This document shows positions 29,543-39,053 of a stretch of 64,000 nucleotides of DNA, piece by piece. The notes below the pieces were generated by a model. The model had not been told where the DNA came from. It made no database searches and was given only the letters and a program-made list of their open reading frames with translations. Made by a program: the position numbers and the translations under genes. The first letter of the stretch is position 1, and the number at the start of each line of letters is the position of its first letter. Source of the DNA: an uncultured Acidobacteriota bacterium (GTDB taxonomy: Bacteria > Acidobacteriota > Vicinamibacteria > Vicinamibacterales > UBA8438); assembly GCA_913043225.1 (NCBI GenBank), contig CAJWLU010000012.1:32001-96000 (forward strand). The letters run 5' to 3'.

Positions 29543-30562
29543 ATGAGCACTCAACCTCGAGCAGTGGGGCCTAGGGCTTACGCAGCGTTGATTGGTATCG
29601 CGTGTGGGCTGATGGTCGCCTCAGTTGTGGCGCAGGATCCGGTGGGCTGGACGCCGTCGCGTACGGCCGATGGGAAGGTGGACCTGCAGGGCATCTGGGC
29701 GAATAATCGCGCGACTCCAATGCAGCGGCCGGAGCAATTTGGCGAGAAGGCGACGCTCAGTGATGAGGAGTTGGCTGAGCTAACCCAGCTGATCGCCGAG
29801 TTCCGTGACTCGGAGCAGGCAGGTGACCTGCTGGGCGACCGGCTGATCCAGCAGGCTCTGGGTAACTCGACCTTCCAGGACTTCGATGCCGAGACCGGCA
29901 ATTACAATGCGTTCTGGCTGGTCGACCGAGCGCTCGACAACCGTACTTCGCTCATCATCAACCCGCCCAACGGGCGTCGACCTTCGATGACCGATGCGGC
30001 GCAGGCGCGCGCCCGGGAGCGCGGGGCGGCTCGCGCAGAACGGGGGCCGTCGGACGGGCCCGAGGACCGGACGCTCGGCGACCGCTGCCTGCACTTCTCG
30101 GTGCCGAACATGGGGTCTGGCTACAATAGCTACTTCCAGCTGCTGCAGACGCCGGATCAGGTCACCATCATGCAGGAGATGGGGCACCTGGTTCGCACGA
30201 TTCCGCTCGATGACCGTCCCCACCTCGACGACAAGATCCCGCAGTGGGCGGGCAACGCACGTGGACACTGGGAGGGCGATACGCTCGTTGTCGAGACTCG
30301 CAATTGGGACCCGCGCAGCCGCTTTAGTGGAGGCTCCTCGAATCTGGTGTTGACCGAACGGTTTACGCGCATCGCGCCCCGTGTACTGCGTCAGGAGATC
30401 ACGCTGACCGACATGGATACCTGGATCCAGCCGTGGACAGTGGAACTCCTGCTGGACCAGAGCGACGACGCGATCTTCGAGTACGCCTGTCACGAAGGGA
30501 ACTACGCTATGGAAGGTATCCTGGGTGGTGCCCGCTACGAGGAGCGAGAAGCGGGGCGGTAG
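29543..30562 (+). CDS. Secreted uncharacterised EYACHEGN-family protein (copy 1)
   Basis: Signal peptide; DLQGIW, RTSLIINPPNGR, DRC, WEGDTLVVET, FEYACHEGN. Confidence 0.85.
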   Translation: MSTQPRAVGPRAYAALIGIACGLMVASVVAQDPVGWTPSRTADGKVDLQGIWANNRATPMQRPEQFGEKATLSDEELAELTQLIAEFRDSEQAGDLLGDRLIQQALGNSTFQDFDAETGNYNAFWLVDRALDNRTSLIINPPNGRRPSMTDAAQARARERGAARAERGPSDGPEDRTLGDRCLHFSVPNMGSGYNSYFQLLQTPDQVTIMQEMGHLVRTIPLDDRPHLDDKIPQWAGNARGHWEGDTLVVETRNWDPRSRFSGGSSNLVLTERFTRIAPRVLRQEITLTDMDTWIQPWTVELLLDQSDDAIFEYACHEGNYAMEGILGGARYEEREAGR

Positions 30563-30658
30563 GTAACGCTAGCGTCTAGGTTGGGGTCTATTTACCATGT
30601 GGTTGCCTGGTGAGGCATGTCGTTGGCGCGTCCCGCGCCGGGCTGATAAGAGGACGAG

Positions 30659-31666
30659 ATGTTGACCTTTCGCGCCGCCGCTCTGGGCGGGTTCCTGGCT
30701 GTGGTGGGCCTGATAGGCACTGCCTTGGCCCAGTCATCGGACATTCCCCGTACCCCGTGGGGGCACCCGGACATGCAAGGCCTCTGGAATAACTCCACGA
30801 CTACCCCGCTCGAGGCACTGACTGGGGAGGAGCGGGCGCGAAGCCGCGAGGCGAGGCGTCCCGTAATCGAGGCGACGGCAGGCACTGGCGCCGCGTTTCC
30901 AGAGCAACGGGGCCCGCTTGACCGACCTTCGCTCATCATCGACCCGCCAGACGGCCGGATCAAGATGACCGACAAGGCCATCCGACGTCTGATCGTGCGG
31001 GAGAACGCACGGGAGGGACGCGGCGAGTCCGACTCCTGGCTCGACCGGAACAGCTGGGAGCGTTGCATCTCCCGCACCCTGCCGGTGGCGATGATCCCGA
31101 ATCTCTACAACGCGAACTATCAGATCTTCCAGACCCCGGATTACGTCGTTCTGATAATGGAAATGATCCACGAGGCTCGGATCATTCCGCTCGATCTGCC
31201 ACCCTCCTCGGAGAAGATTCGCCAGTGGCTGGGCGACTCGCGGGGGCGCTGGGAGGATGACACCCTGGTAGTCGAGACGATCCACTTCAACGACAAGCTC
31301 GATGGGGGCGACTATCAGCCGTCACATATCATTCAGACCGGGCATCGCGGTTCGGGCGCGACGCTCAAGCTCACCGAGCGGTTCACCCTGACCGACACCA
31401 GCACCATTGACTATCAGTTCACGGTGGAAGATTCCGAGACGTACACTCAACCCTACACCGTGGCGATCCCAATGGAGCGGTCGGCCCCAGACGTGGTGCT
31501 CTTCGAGTATGCCTGTCACGAAGGCAACTATGGGATGACCAACCTGTTGCACGCCGGTCGCGCCGACGAAGCCCAGGCGCTCGAGTTGGCCGGGCTCGTG
31601 TCTGAGCAGCGGAAGGATGCGGGCCACCCTGGCGTTCGTGAGCCGGCCGTGCCGTTCGTGCCCTAG
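30659..31666 (+). CDS. Secreted uncharacterised EYACHEGN-family protein (copy 2)
   Basis: PRTPWGHPDMQGLW, ERC, FEYACHEGN. Confidence 0.85.
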   Translation: MLTFRAAALGGFLAVVGLIGTALAQSSDIPRTPWGHPDMQGLWNNSTTTPLEALTGEERARSREARRPVIEATAGTGAAFPEQRGPLDRPSLIIDPPDGRIKMTDKAIRRLIVRENAREGRGESDSWLDRNSWERCISRTLPVAMIPNLYNANYQIFQTPDYVVLIMEMIHEARIIPLDLPPSSEKIRQWLGDSRGRWEDDTLVVETIHFNDKLDGGDYQPSHIIQTGHRGSGATLKLTERFTLTDTSTIDYQFTVEDSETYTQPYTVAIPMERSAPDVVLFEYACHEGNYGMTNLLHAGRADEAQALELAGLVSEQRKDAGHPGVREPAVPFVP

Positions 31667-31687
31667 AGCTTCACCGATGAGAGCCTG

Positions 31688-32743
31688 ATGACCAGTAAAT
31701 GCCAGATTCTGATCTGCCTGACCATTGCCCTCGCCCTTGCCGCGGCGGCGCCGGCCGATGCTCAGTGGACCCCGAAGCGTCTGGCGGCTGATTCGGTCGA
31801 GTTGCCCCGTACCCTCTGGGGCACCCCCGACTTCCAAGGCCTGTGGAACAACTCCACTACCACCCCGCTTGAGCGGTTGACCTCTGAAGAGCAGGCGCAG
31901 AGCCGCCGAGCACAGCAGGCGGTCATCGAGGCCACTGGCGGCACCGGTGCAGGCTGGCTCGAGCAGGCTGGGCAGATCGAGCGCGAGTCTCTCGTCATCG
32001 ACCCGCCCGACGGCCGGATCCGGATGACCGAGGTGGGCGTGCGGCGTCTCATCGACCGCGAGAACGCGCGTGCCGGTCGCGGCGAGGCCGATTCTTGGCT
32101 TGATCGGAATAGCTGGGAGCGCTGCATTTCGCGGACCCTGCCCACCGCGATGATTCCGACGCTCTACAACGCGAACTATCAGATCTTCCAGACCCCCGAT
32201 CACTTCGTCATCATGATGGAGATGATTCACGAGGCGCGGATCGTGCCGCTCGACGGCCGTCCCCGCAACTCCGAGAACATCCGCCAGTGGCTGGGTGACG
32301 CGCGTGGTTATTGGGAGGGGGACACCCTCGTCGTCGAGACCATGCATTTCAACTCGCGGCTCGACGGGGGCGACTATCAACCGTCACACGTCACCCCGAC
32401 CGGCCCACGGGGGTCGGGTGAGACGCTGAAGGTGACCGAGCGGTTCACCATGATGGACGTGAACACTATCGACTATCAGATCTCCGTGGAGGACCCCCAG
32501 ACCTTCGCCGTGCCCTACACGGTCGCCATTCCGATGTCGCGGTCCGCGACCGACGTGACCCTGTTCGAATATGCCTGCCACGAAGGTAACCACGCGATGG
32601 TGAATCTGCTCAACGCCGGCCGCGCCGACGAGCAACTCGCCATCGACGCTGCTGCCCTCGTCTCCGAGCAAAGAAAAGCAGCTGGCCATCCGGGAGTTCG
32701 GGAGCCGGCGGTACCGTTCGCGCCCATTCCACTCAAGCCATAA
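31688..32743 (+). CDS. Secreted uncharacterised EYACHEGN-family protein (copy 3, close paralogue of copy 2)
   Basis: Long shared stretches with copy 2, e.g. SWLDRNSWERCISRTLP and GHPGVREPAVPF. Confidence 0.85.
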   Translation: MTSKCQILICLTIALALAAAAPADAQWTPKRLAADSVELPRTLWGTPDFQGLWNNSTTTPLERLTSEEQAQSRRAQQAVIEATGGTGAGWLEQAGQIERESLVIDPPDGRIRMTEVGVRRLIDRENARAGRGEADSWLDRNSWERCISRTLPTAMIPTLYNANYQIFQTPDHFVIMMEMIHEARIVPLDGRPRNSENIRQWLGDARGYWEGDTLVVETMHFNSRLDGGDYQPSHVTPTGPRGSGETLKVTERFTMMDVNTIDYQISVEDPQTFAVPYTVAIPMSRSATDVTLFEYACHEGNHAMVNLLNAGRADEQLAIDAAALVSEQRKAAGHPGVREPAVPFAPIPLKP

Positions 32744-32769
32744 GGGTGCCAGCAGTCGCGGCTGCACCC
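32744..32769 (+). terminator. GC-rich hairpin immediately after copy 3
   Basis: GGGTG-c-CAGC-agtcgcg-GCTG-CACCC; no U tract. Confidence 0.35.
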
Positions 32770-32885
32770 AGCGCTACAGTCGTTGGTGCCCATTCCGCCA
32801 GATCATCAGATCTTCGCTGGTCTCATCCCAGGCCGGCACGCTACAATCAGCCGACACTCTGCGCAGTACCGAGGTCCGGAGTTCT

Positions 32886-33377
32886 ATGCGTATTTTCGCG
32901 GTCGCCGTTCTCCTGATTGGGGTTGTCGCACCGACGGCTACTGGTCAGCAACTCGCCGATCTCATTCCGTCGCCAACAGGCATCGCGCCGTCTGATCCCT
33001 CGCTCCGCGGCATCATTCTGGACACGGTCGTGCCGATGAGCTCGGTGTCTATGCTGATACCGTCCCTGCCGCTGCCATCGCAGACAGTCGGCAGCAGTCT
33101 CGAGCTATTCGCGCCAACCTCGGGTCTCAGCTTCGATAGCCGGACTAACAGTGTCTTTCGTTGGTCGCAGCTGGCGAGCGGGCAGGCTGGGATCCGGGCC
33201 ACGAATCTCCGCAGTGGCTCGATGTGGTACGGCACTATCCGTCCAAGTGGCCAGATGTCCGGGTTCGACAGTGACCTGAACTTCTGGCGCTACGACCTGA
33301 AGAGCGGTATCTATATCAATACGACCACCGGGGAGACGTGTGCCGGGCACGGACTGACCGGTGCGTGTGGATCGTAG
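32886..33377 (+). CDS. Secreted hypothetical protein
   Basis: Signal peptide, GGAG SD, TACAAT at 32842; C-terminal Cys pair. Confidence 0.65.
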   Translation: MRIFAVAVLLIGVVAPTATGQQLADLIPSPTGIAPSDPSLRGIILDTVVPMSSVSMLIPSLPLPSQTVGSSLELFAPTSGLSFDSRTNSVFRWSQLASGQAGIRATNLRSGSMWYGTIRPSGQMSGFDSDLNFWRYDLKSGIYINTTTGETCAGHGLTGACGS

Positions 33378-33415
33378 CGGGCCGGCGTTGGCGCGTCTGT
33401 AAGGAGACGCACTCG

Positions 33416-33493
33416 ATGCAGCCCCTGTTGGTACGCCTACGCATGCTTGTGTGCCTTAGCGGTGGCTTATCGTTGACCTGGGCCCAGGACTAG
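33416..33493 (+). pseudogene. Signal-peptide-only gene remnant
   Basis: AAGGAG SD, MQPLLVRLRMLVCLSGGLSLTWAQD then TAG. Confidence 0.35.
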
Positions 33494-33714
33494 GTGCCCT
33501 TCCTCAGCACTGCCGATGCCGGTGGTCTACCCGCCTGCAGACCTGGACTAGGACGAGATCCTCATGCCGTGGGATGGTGAGGACAGCACATCAAGCGAAT
33601 GGATTCCATCGAGTGGCCGGTGCGGGTCACCGTCTTTGTTGACGGCCGCACAGGATATCGTAGCCGGCGTCGGCTCCAGCCGTTCGGTGCCGGAACCTGG
33701 TAGTGTCGGAGGTG

Positions 33715-34167
33715 ATGCGTGTCTGGATACTAGCACCGCTGGTTTCTCTCGCTGTGTGCGCGTTGCAGGCCGGGCAGCCGTCCGAGGGAGAGGCCGCGCT
33801 CGGAGAGCACCGGGCCCGGTTCGAGGCGGCGGTGGGCGAGGACTACGATGTCACGTTCCAGCGAAGCTGCTTCTGCCCATCCGAGGCACGTCAGCCGTTA
33901 CGGCTCGAGGTCAGGAACGGAGAGGTGCAATCGGTGACGCCGACCATCGAGGGTGCCCCGTCTCCGCCCGAGCTGCTCACAGCCGTGCGCGCCGTCGCGG
34001 AGGTCTTCGATCTGATACAGGACGCCTTCGGTCGAGCGGCCGCGGCGGTGCGTGTGGACTACGACCCCGAGCTGGGTTACCCGCGTGAGGTCTACATCGA
34101 CTATAGCGAGCGGATCGTCGACGAGGAGCAGTCCATCACCCTGAGTGATCTGGTCGTCGTCGGCTGA
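33715..34167 (+). CDS. DUF6174-like secreted protein
   Basis: RSCFCP, VDYDPELGYP, IVDEE motifs. Confidence 0.75.
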   Translation: MRVWILAPLVSLAVCALQAGQPSEGEAALGEHRARFEAAVGEDYDVTFQRSCFCPSEARQPLRLEVRNGEVQSVTPTIEGAPSPPELLTAVRAVAEVFDLIQDAFGRAAAAVRVDYDPELGYPREVYIDYSERIVDEEQSITLSDLVVVG

Positions 34168-34424
34168 TCTCTCCCTGTTCGCAGAACACTCGGATCGTAT
34201 TGCGGCCGATCGAGTTCACGTCGGCCTTTAGCTCGCGCAGCTCTCCGACGAGTTCGTCGCATTTCTCCAGTTGTGCCAGCAGCCGTTCGGTGTTCTCTGC
34301 AGAAATCTGACCTGCGGAATCAAATGATCAAACCAAGAAGATCGAACACGAAGATGAGTTCGAATAAGACGCACCCCGACCGGGGCCGAGGGCCAGCTCG
34401 AGTCAGAGGTTGGGTGGTGAAACC

Positions 34425-34553
34425 CTACTGGGCCGCGCGGCTGACGTAGCGCTGGAGCGTGGTTTCGACCCAGTCGGAGGCGCCCGGCATAAACCAGACG
34501 ATCAGCACGGTCAGGAGCAGTGCGGCGGCGGTCACCTGATAAAAGTGTTTCAT
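34425..34553 (-). CDS. 42-aa single-TM small protein
   Basis: MKHFYQVTAAALLLTVLIVWFMPGASDWVETTLQRYVSRAAQ; ATGA overlap with upstream stop. Confidence 0.55.
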   Translation of the reverse strand: MKHFYQVTAAALLLTVLIVWFMPGASDWVETTLQRYVSRAAQ

Positions 34554-35065
34554 CGCGGTGCGGCCTCAAACAACCAGGAGGAACCAGATTCGACTGACTC
34601 GCGGGTTATGCGCGATGGGTACTTGCTAGTGATGGCGGCCGTGATGCCGTCCAGCTCCGGCCCCTCGGTTATCCGGCGTAACTGGCGTTCGAAGCGCTTG
34701 CTCCCCATCCTCAACACGGCCCGGCCATCGCGTTCTGCATCCCCCGGCCAGCCCTTCCAGATCTTGCCGACCGCCGAGCTCATGTAGCCCGACCAGACGT
34801 AGAGTTTGCCATCGTGATGGGTGGTCCAGATCCGGCGCGATCGCGGTGGGTCAAGAAGCTGCAACTCGATGGTCCGGACGTCGTCGAGGAAGCCCCAGTC
34901 GGGGTCTGGACCGGTGTGCAGATCACCAGCGACGAGGGGACCGCCAGAGAAGAAGGCCTTGGCTCCGTCTGACATCCGCTGCTTGGTGGCGGCCGTCACC
35001 ACCGCTGTGATGGGGATCAGGAGCAGGCATCCGAGGACGATGAGGGCGCGGAGCACGTCTTTCAT
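34550..35065 (-). CDS. Membrane-anchored hypothetical protein (split-barrel/DUF2255-like)
   Basis: N-terminal TM; IELQLLDPPRSRRIW, DGRAVLR. Confidence 0.7.
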   Translation of the reverse strand: MKDVLRALIVLGCLLLIPITAVVTAATKQRMSDGAKAFFSGGPLVAGDLHTGPDPDWGFLDDVRTIELQLLDPPRSRRIWTTHHDGKLYVWSGYMSSAVGKIWKGWPGDAERDGRAVLRMGSKRFERQLRRITEGPELDGITAAITSKYPSRITRESVESGSSWLFEAAPR

Positions 35066-35125
35066 GATGCCCCAGTCTAGCACCGCCGGCGTTTCGGCGG
35101 CCGCGTAGCGGACCGGCGCGGTCAG

Positions 35126-35662
35126 TCACGGGCCCGCGATTCGCCATAGGTAGATTCGTCGACCGGCCACGCGTTGCATCTCATCCGGCGGCCAGTCCCC
35201 CATGTCGTAAGAGTGAGATACTACCCGGGCACCGGGAGGTAGTTCGGCACGCAGGCGGGGTCGGAGCCGTAGGTTCGGCTCGGGCTGCAGGTACAGCATC
35301 GCGACGGTGGCGTCACTGAGGTCGGCTTCGAATAGGTTGCCCACTTCGAATCGGGTCCGGCCCGACACCCCCTCGTACTCGGCCCGCGTCCTGGCTCTCT
35401 CCACGAGCGCCGGATCGCTCTCCACACCGACCCCGCGCGCGCCGCGTTTCGCCGCCGCAACGACGATGCGACCATCACCACATCCCAGGTCGTAGACGAC
35501 ATCGTCCGGGCCGACGTCGGCCAAATCCAGCATCGCCTCGATCACCTCTGGTGGGGTAGTGGCGAACGCCACATCCTGTCCGGCTGCAAAGCTCCACCGA
35601 ATTTCGGAGGGCGTCATTGCCACCAGGGCAATCAAGCAGAGCGTCTGGCCCGTGAGGCGCAT
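35126..35662 (-). CDS. SAM-dependent methyltransferase with signal-like N-terminus
   Basis: TPPEVIEAML, YDLGCGDGRIV, LPPGARVVSH. Confidence 0.9.
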   Translation of the reverse strand: MRLTGQTLCLIALVAMTPSEIRWSFAAGQDVAFATTPPEVIEAMLDLADVGPDDVVYDLGCGDGRIVVAAAKRGARGVGVESDPALVERARTRAEYEGVSGRTRFEVGNLFEADLSDATVAMLYLQPEPNLRLRPRLRAELPPGARVVSHSYDMGDWPPDEMQRVAGRRIYLWRIAGP

Positions 35663-35672
35663 GATCAGCGGT

Positions 35673-37061
35673 CTAGTTGGCCGTGACCTTCCAGATGCGG
35701 TTACCGCCGTCATCGGAGACCAGCAGCGACCCGTCCGGCGCGGTGACTACACCCACCGGTCGACCCCAGTGCTCGACCCGTTTGCCATCCTCTCCGGTGT
35801 TGGCTAGAAAGCCGGTCATGAAGTCTTCGAGCGGGCCGGGCCGGCCGTTCTCCATTGGGAAGAACGCCACCCGGTAGCCGGTCGGAACAGTGCGGTTCCA
35901 TGAGCCATGGAGCGCGATGAACCCGCCGTTCCGGTAGCGGTCCGGAAACGCGTCGCCTTCATAGAATGTGATCCCGAGCGGGGCCGAGTGGGCCGGGAGG
36001 AGTACGTCCGGCACGAGGGTGCTCTCGACCAACTCGGGGAATGCGCCGACGAACTTTGGGTCGTAGTGACTGCCGATGTAAGAGTACGGCCAGCCGTAGA
36101 AGCCGCCGTTCTGGACTGAAGTGACGAAGTCTGGCACCAGATCGTCACCGAGATTGTCCCGTTCGTTGTTCGCGGTCCAGATAATGTCGGTGCCTGGCTG
36201 CAGCGCGAGACCGACCGGGTTTCTGATGCCGGCGCCGTAAACGCGGGGCTCGGTCCCGTCGGGGTTCACCTCGAGTACGGCGGCTCGTCGACAATCCTCG
36301 CCCGCGTCACTGTTCGAGCGTGAACCAACTGAGATATAGAGCTTGCTGCCGTTTCGATTGAACAGGACGTTCCGGCTGCGATGGCCGCCGGTCGGTAGGA
36401 TAAGCAGCCGTTCTGGCGTACCCCGAGCTTCGAGGTCGCCGTCTTCGTACGCGAATCGCACCACCGAGTCGGTGTTCCCTACATACAGATAGCCAGCGGT
36501 GAACGCGAGGCCGAACGGCAATCGGATACCGCCCTCGTCGCGGACGACGTAGTCAGGTGGTGGAGTACAGGCCGGTGGGTCCTTGACGAGGGACTGTGGT
36601 CCCTCGAGCACTCCGAGTACGGGCGGCGGCGGTTCGCCCCCAGGCGGCGGGGGGGGGATCGGGGCCGGGTAGGTTTCACCGTTCGCGTAGATGCCCCGCG
36701 CCTCGAACGTGCCGTCGTGGTTCTGGTCTCGCAACACATGAATGCTGTTGGTCGAGGGCGAGCTGACGAACAGATCGCCGTTGGGCGCGAACACCATCAT
36801 GCGAGCACCGCGCAGCTCGGCGTAGCTAGACAGCGCGAACCCGGCCGGGACCTGCGGCAGCATCCCTTCGGGACGCAGGATCCGTTGGCTGCCATTGGCA
36901 GTTGCCAGAGTTGGGCTGGGGAGTGCATCCGCTCGTGGCTGTTGGTGGACGGTGTTCTCCTGTGCTGCGGCCAGGCCGCTGGCGCTCATCAAGCCCGCCA
37001 GTGCCAGGACGATGTGCCAGCCTGCGTGAACCGGAGTGCGCCTTGGGGGTGTTACGGTCAT
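35673..37061 (-). CDS. PQQ-dependent sugar/sorbosone dehydrogenase family protein
   Basis: GIRNPVG, NERDNLGDDLVPD, FYGWPY, HSAPLG, LHGSWNR, GRPVGV, LLVSDD. Confidence 0.9.
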   Translation of the reverse strand: MTVTPPRRTPVHAGWHIVLALAGLMSASGLAAAQENTVHQQPRADALPSPTLATANGSQRILRPEGMLPQVPAGFALSSYAELRGARMMVFAPNGDLFVSSPSTNSIHVLRDQNHDGTFEARGIYANGETYPAPIPPPPPGGEPPPPVLGVLEGPQSLVKDPPACTPPPDYVVRDEGGIRLPFGLAFTAGYLYVGNTDSVVRFAYEDGDLEARGTPERLLILPTGGHRSRNVLFNRNGSKLYISVGSRSNSDAGEDCRRAAVLEVNPDGTEPRVYGAGIRNPVGLALQPGTDIIWTANNERDNLGDDLVPDFVTSVQNGGFYGWPYSYIGSHYDPKFVGAFPELVESTLVPDVLLPAHSAPLGITFYEGDAFPDRYRNGGFIALHGSWNRTVPTGYRVAFFPMENGRPGPLEDFMTGFLANTGEDGKRVEHWGRPVGVVTAPDGSLLVSDDGGNRIWKVTAN

Positions 37062-37212
37062 CAAAGTTCTCCTCGGGCGGCCACCATTCAGTCACCGCAC
37101 GCGCGATTCTAGCGCGAGGCGAGCGCTATACTGGCGTGGTTCCACGCCTGTTATCTGTCCGTTCCCGTAGCGTCCACGGCATCTACCGACAGGGTGGCCA
37201 TTAGGAGAAGTC

Positions 37213-38988
37213 ATGTTTCGATCGTTGTCCTTGTCCGTGCTTTGTTGCGCCATCGGCCTGGCGTCGGTCTCGGTTCCGACAGCGACGGCTCAGTCGAGGG
37301 AGGCCGCTATCACCCCGGTGACCGACGCCGATCTTCAGGACCCCAATCCGGACGAGTGGTTGACCTGGCGGCGCACGCTCAACAGCTGGGGCCATAGTCC
37401 CCTCGACCAGGTCAACCGCGACAACGTCGGCACGCTCCGCATGGTCTGGACCCGCGGGCTGACGGCGGGGCTGCAGCAGGGTACACCGCTCGTCCGGGAC
37501 GGTGTCATGTTCATGCCGAATCCCCGCGACGTGGTGCAGGCGCTCGACGCAGTCACGGGCGACCTGATCTGGGAGCACCGCCGGGAGCGGCCCGACGATC
37601 TGGCGGACCATCTGAGTCGGGCGCAGATGGACGCGAACCGCAACCTGACGATCTATGGCGACCGCATCATCGATACCAGCACCGACGGGCACGTGTTTGC
37701 CCTTGACGCGGCTACGGGTGAACTGGTCTGGGATACCGAGATTCTCGACCATCGTATCCATCCGGTGACGCAGACCTCCGGTCCGATTATCGCCAATGGG
37801 AAGGTCATTTCGGGGCGCAGCTGCATGCCGAGCGGAGGACCCGAGGCCTGCATCATTGCCGCGCATGACGCCACCACCGGCGAAGAGCTGTGGCGTCGCC
37901 GGCTGATTCCAGGACCGGGCGAGCTGGGTAACGAGACGTGGGGTAATGTGCCGTTCGAGCGGCGTGGCCACGTCGGGTCATGGATGGTGCCCAGCTACGA
38001 TGCTGGGCTGAATCTGGTGCTGGTGGGAACATCCGTAACTTCACCGGCGCCGAAGTTTCGGCTGGGAGGTGTCGAGAACAAGCACCTCTACCACAACTCT
38101 ACGCTGGCGCTCGACGCTGACACCGGCGATATCGTTTGGTACTACCAGCATCTAAATGATCACTGGGACCTTGACCACCCGTTCGAGCGTCTCATCGTCG
38201 ATACCGCGCTCAATCCCGACCCGTCGGCCGTGCAGTGGATCAGCCCGAACTTCCAATTGGGGGAGCGGCGTCGGGTGATGACCGGCATTCCTGGCAAAAC
38301 CGGCATCATCTATACGCTCGATTTGGCCACAGGCGAGTTCCTGTGGGCGACGCCGACCGTTATACAGAACGTGGTGAGCGACATTGACGGAGCGACCGGC
38401 GCCGTGACCGAGAACAGCGAGGTGGTGTTCACTGGACCTGGACAGCAGGTGTTGACGTGTCCGCATGCCAGCGGGGGGAAAGACTGGGAGACTGGTGCCT
38501 ACAGCCCCGAGCGGAACGTCATGTTCTTCCCGCTGCGGAACACCTGCTCGCGGATGCGGGCCACCGACGTCGAGACTGGTAATAACAACCTCTACGCCAT
38601 TGATTGGCGCCGCGAGATTGCGCCGGGGACCGACAACGTTGGCACCGTTCGCGCCATCTCGGTGGAGACGGGCGAGACGCTCTGGATGTACGAGCAGCGG
38701 GCGGCGACGATGTCGCTATTGGCCACCGCCGGAGACCTGGTGTTCGGCGGCGATATCAACGGCCGGTTCCGCGCACTTGACCAGGACACGGGCGAGGTGC
38801 TCTGGGAGATCAATCTCGGCTCTGGGGTGACGGGATTTCCGGTGACCTACGCGGTTGATGGTATCCAGTATGTAGCCGTGAGCACCGGTACCAGTATCAC
38901 TACGTCCGCTTTCGGGATGTTGACACCGGAGCTCCGCCCCAGTACCGGAAACAATCTGTTTGTCTTTGCGTTGCCGTCGAAACGATGA
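37213..38988 (+). CDS. PQQ-dependent alcohol dehydrogenase-like protein
   Basis: WLTWRRT..SWGHSPLDQ, HWDLD, GKTG, GGKDW, TYAVDGIQY. Confidence 0.88.
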   Translation: MFRSLSLSVLCCAIGLASVSVPTATAQSREAAITPVTDADLQDPNPDEWLTWRRTLNSWGHSPLDQVNRDNVGTLRMVWTRGLTAGLQQGTPLVRDGVMFMPNPRDVVQALDAVTGDLIWEHRRERPDDLADHLSRAQMDANRNLTIYGDRIIDTSTDGHVFALDAATGELVWDTEILDHRIHPVTQTSGPIIANGKVISGRSCMPSGGPEACIIAAHDATTGEELWRRRLIPGPGELGNETWGNVPFERRGHVGSWMVPSYDAGLNLVLVGTSVTSPAPKFRLGGVENKHLYHNSTLALDADTGDIVWYYQHLNDHWDLDHPFERLIVDTALNPDPSAVQWISPNFQLGERRRVMTGIPGKTGIIYTLDLATGEFLWATPTVIQNVVSDIDGATGAVTENSEVVFTGPGQQVLTCPHASGGKDWETGAYSPERNVMFFPLRNTCSRMRATDVETGNNNLYAIDWRREIAPGTDNVGTVRAISVETGETLWMYEQRAATMSLLATAGDLVFGGDINGRFRALDQDTGEVLWEINLGSGVTGFPVTYAVDGIQYVAVSTGTSITTSAFGMLTPELRPSTGNNLFVFALPSKR

Positions 38989-39053
38989 ACACGTGTTCAT
39001 CGAGCTAGCGATTCACTTAACGCTGCTTCTACCGTCGGCCTGCGAGGTTTCAC

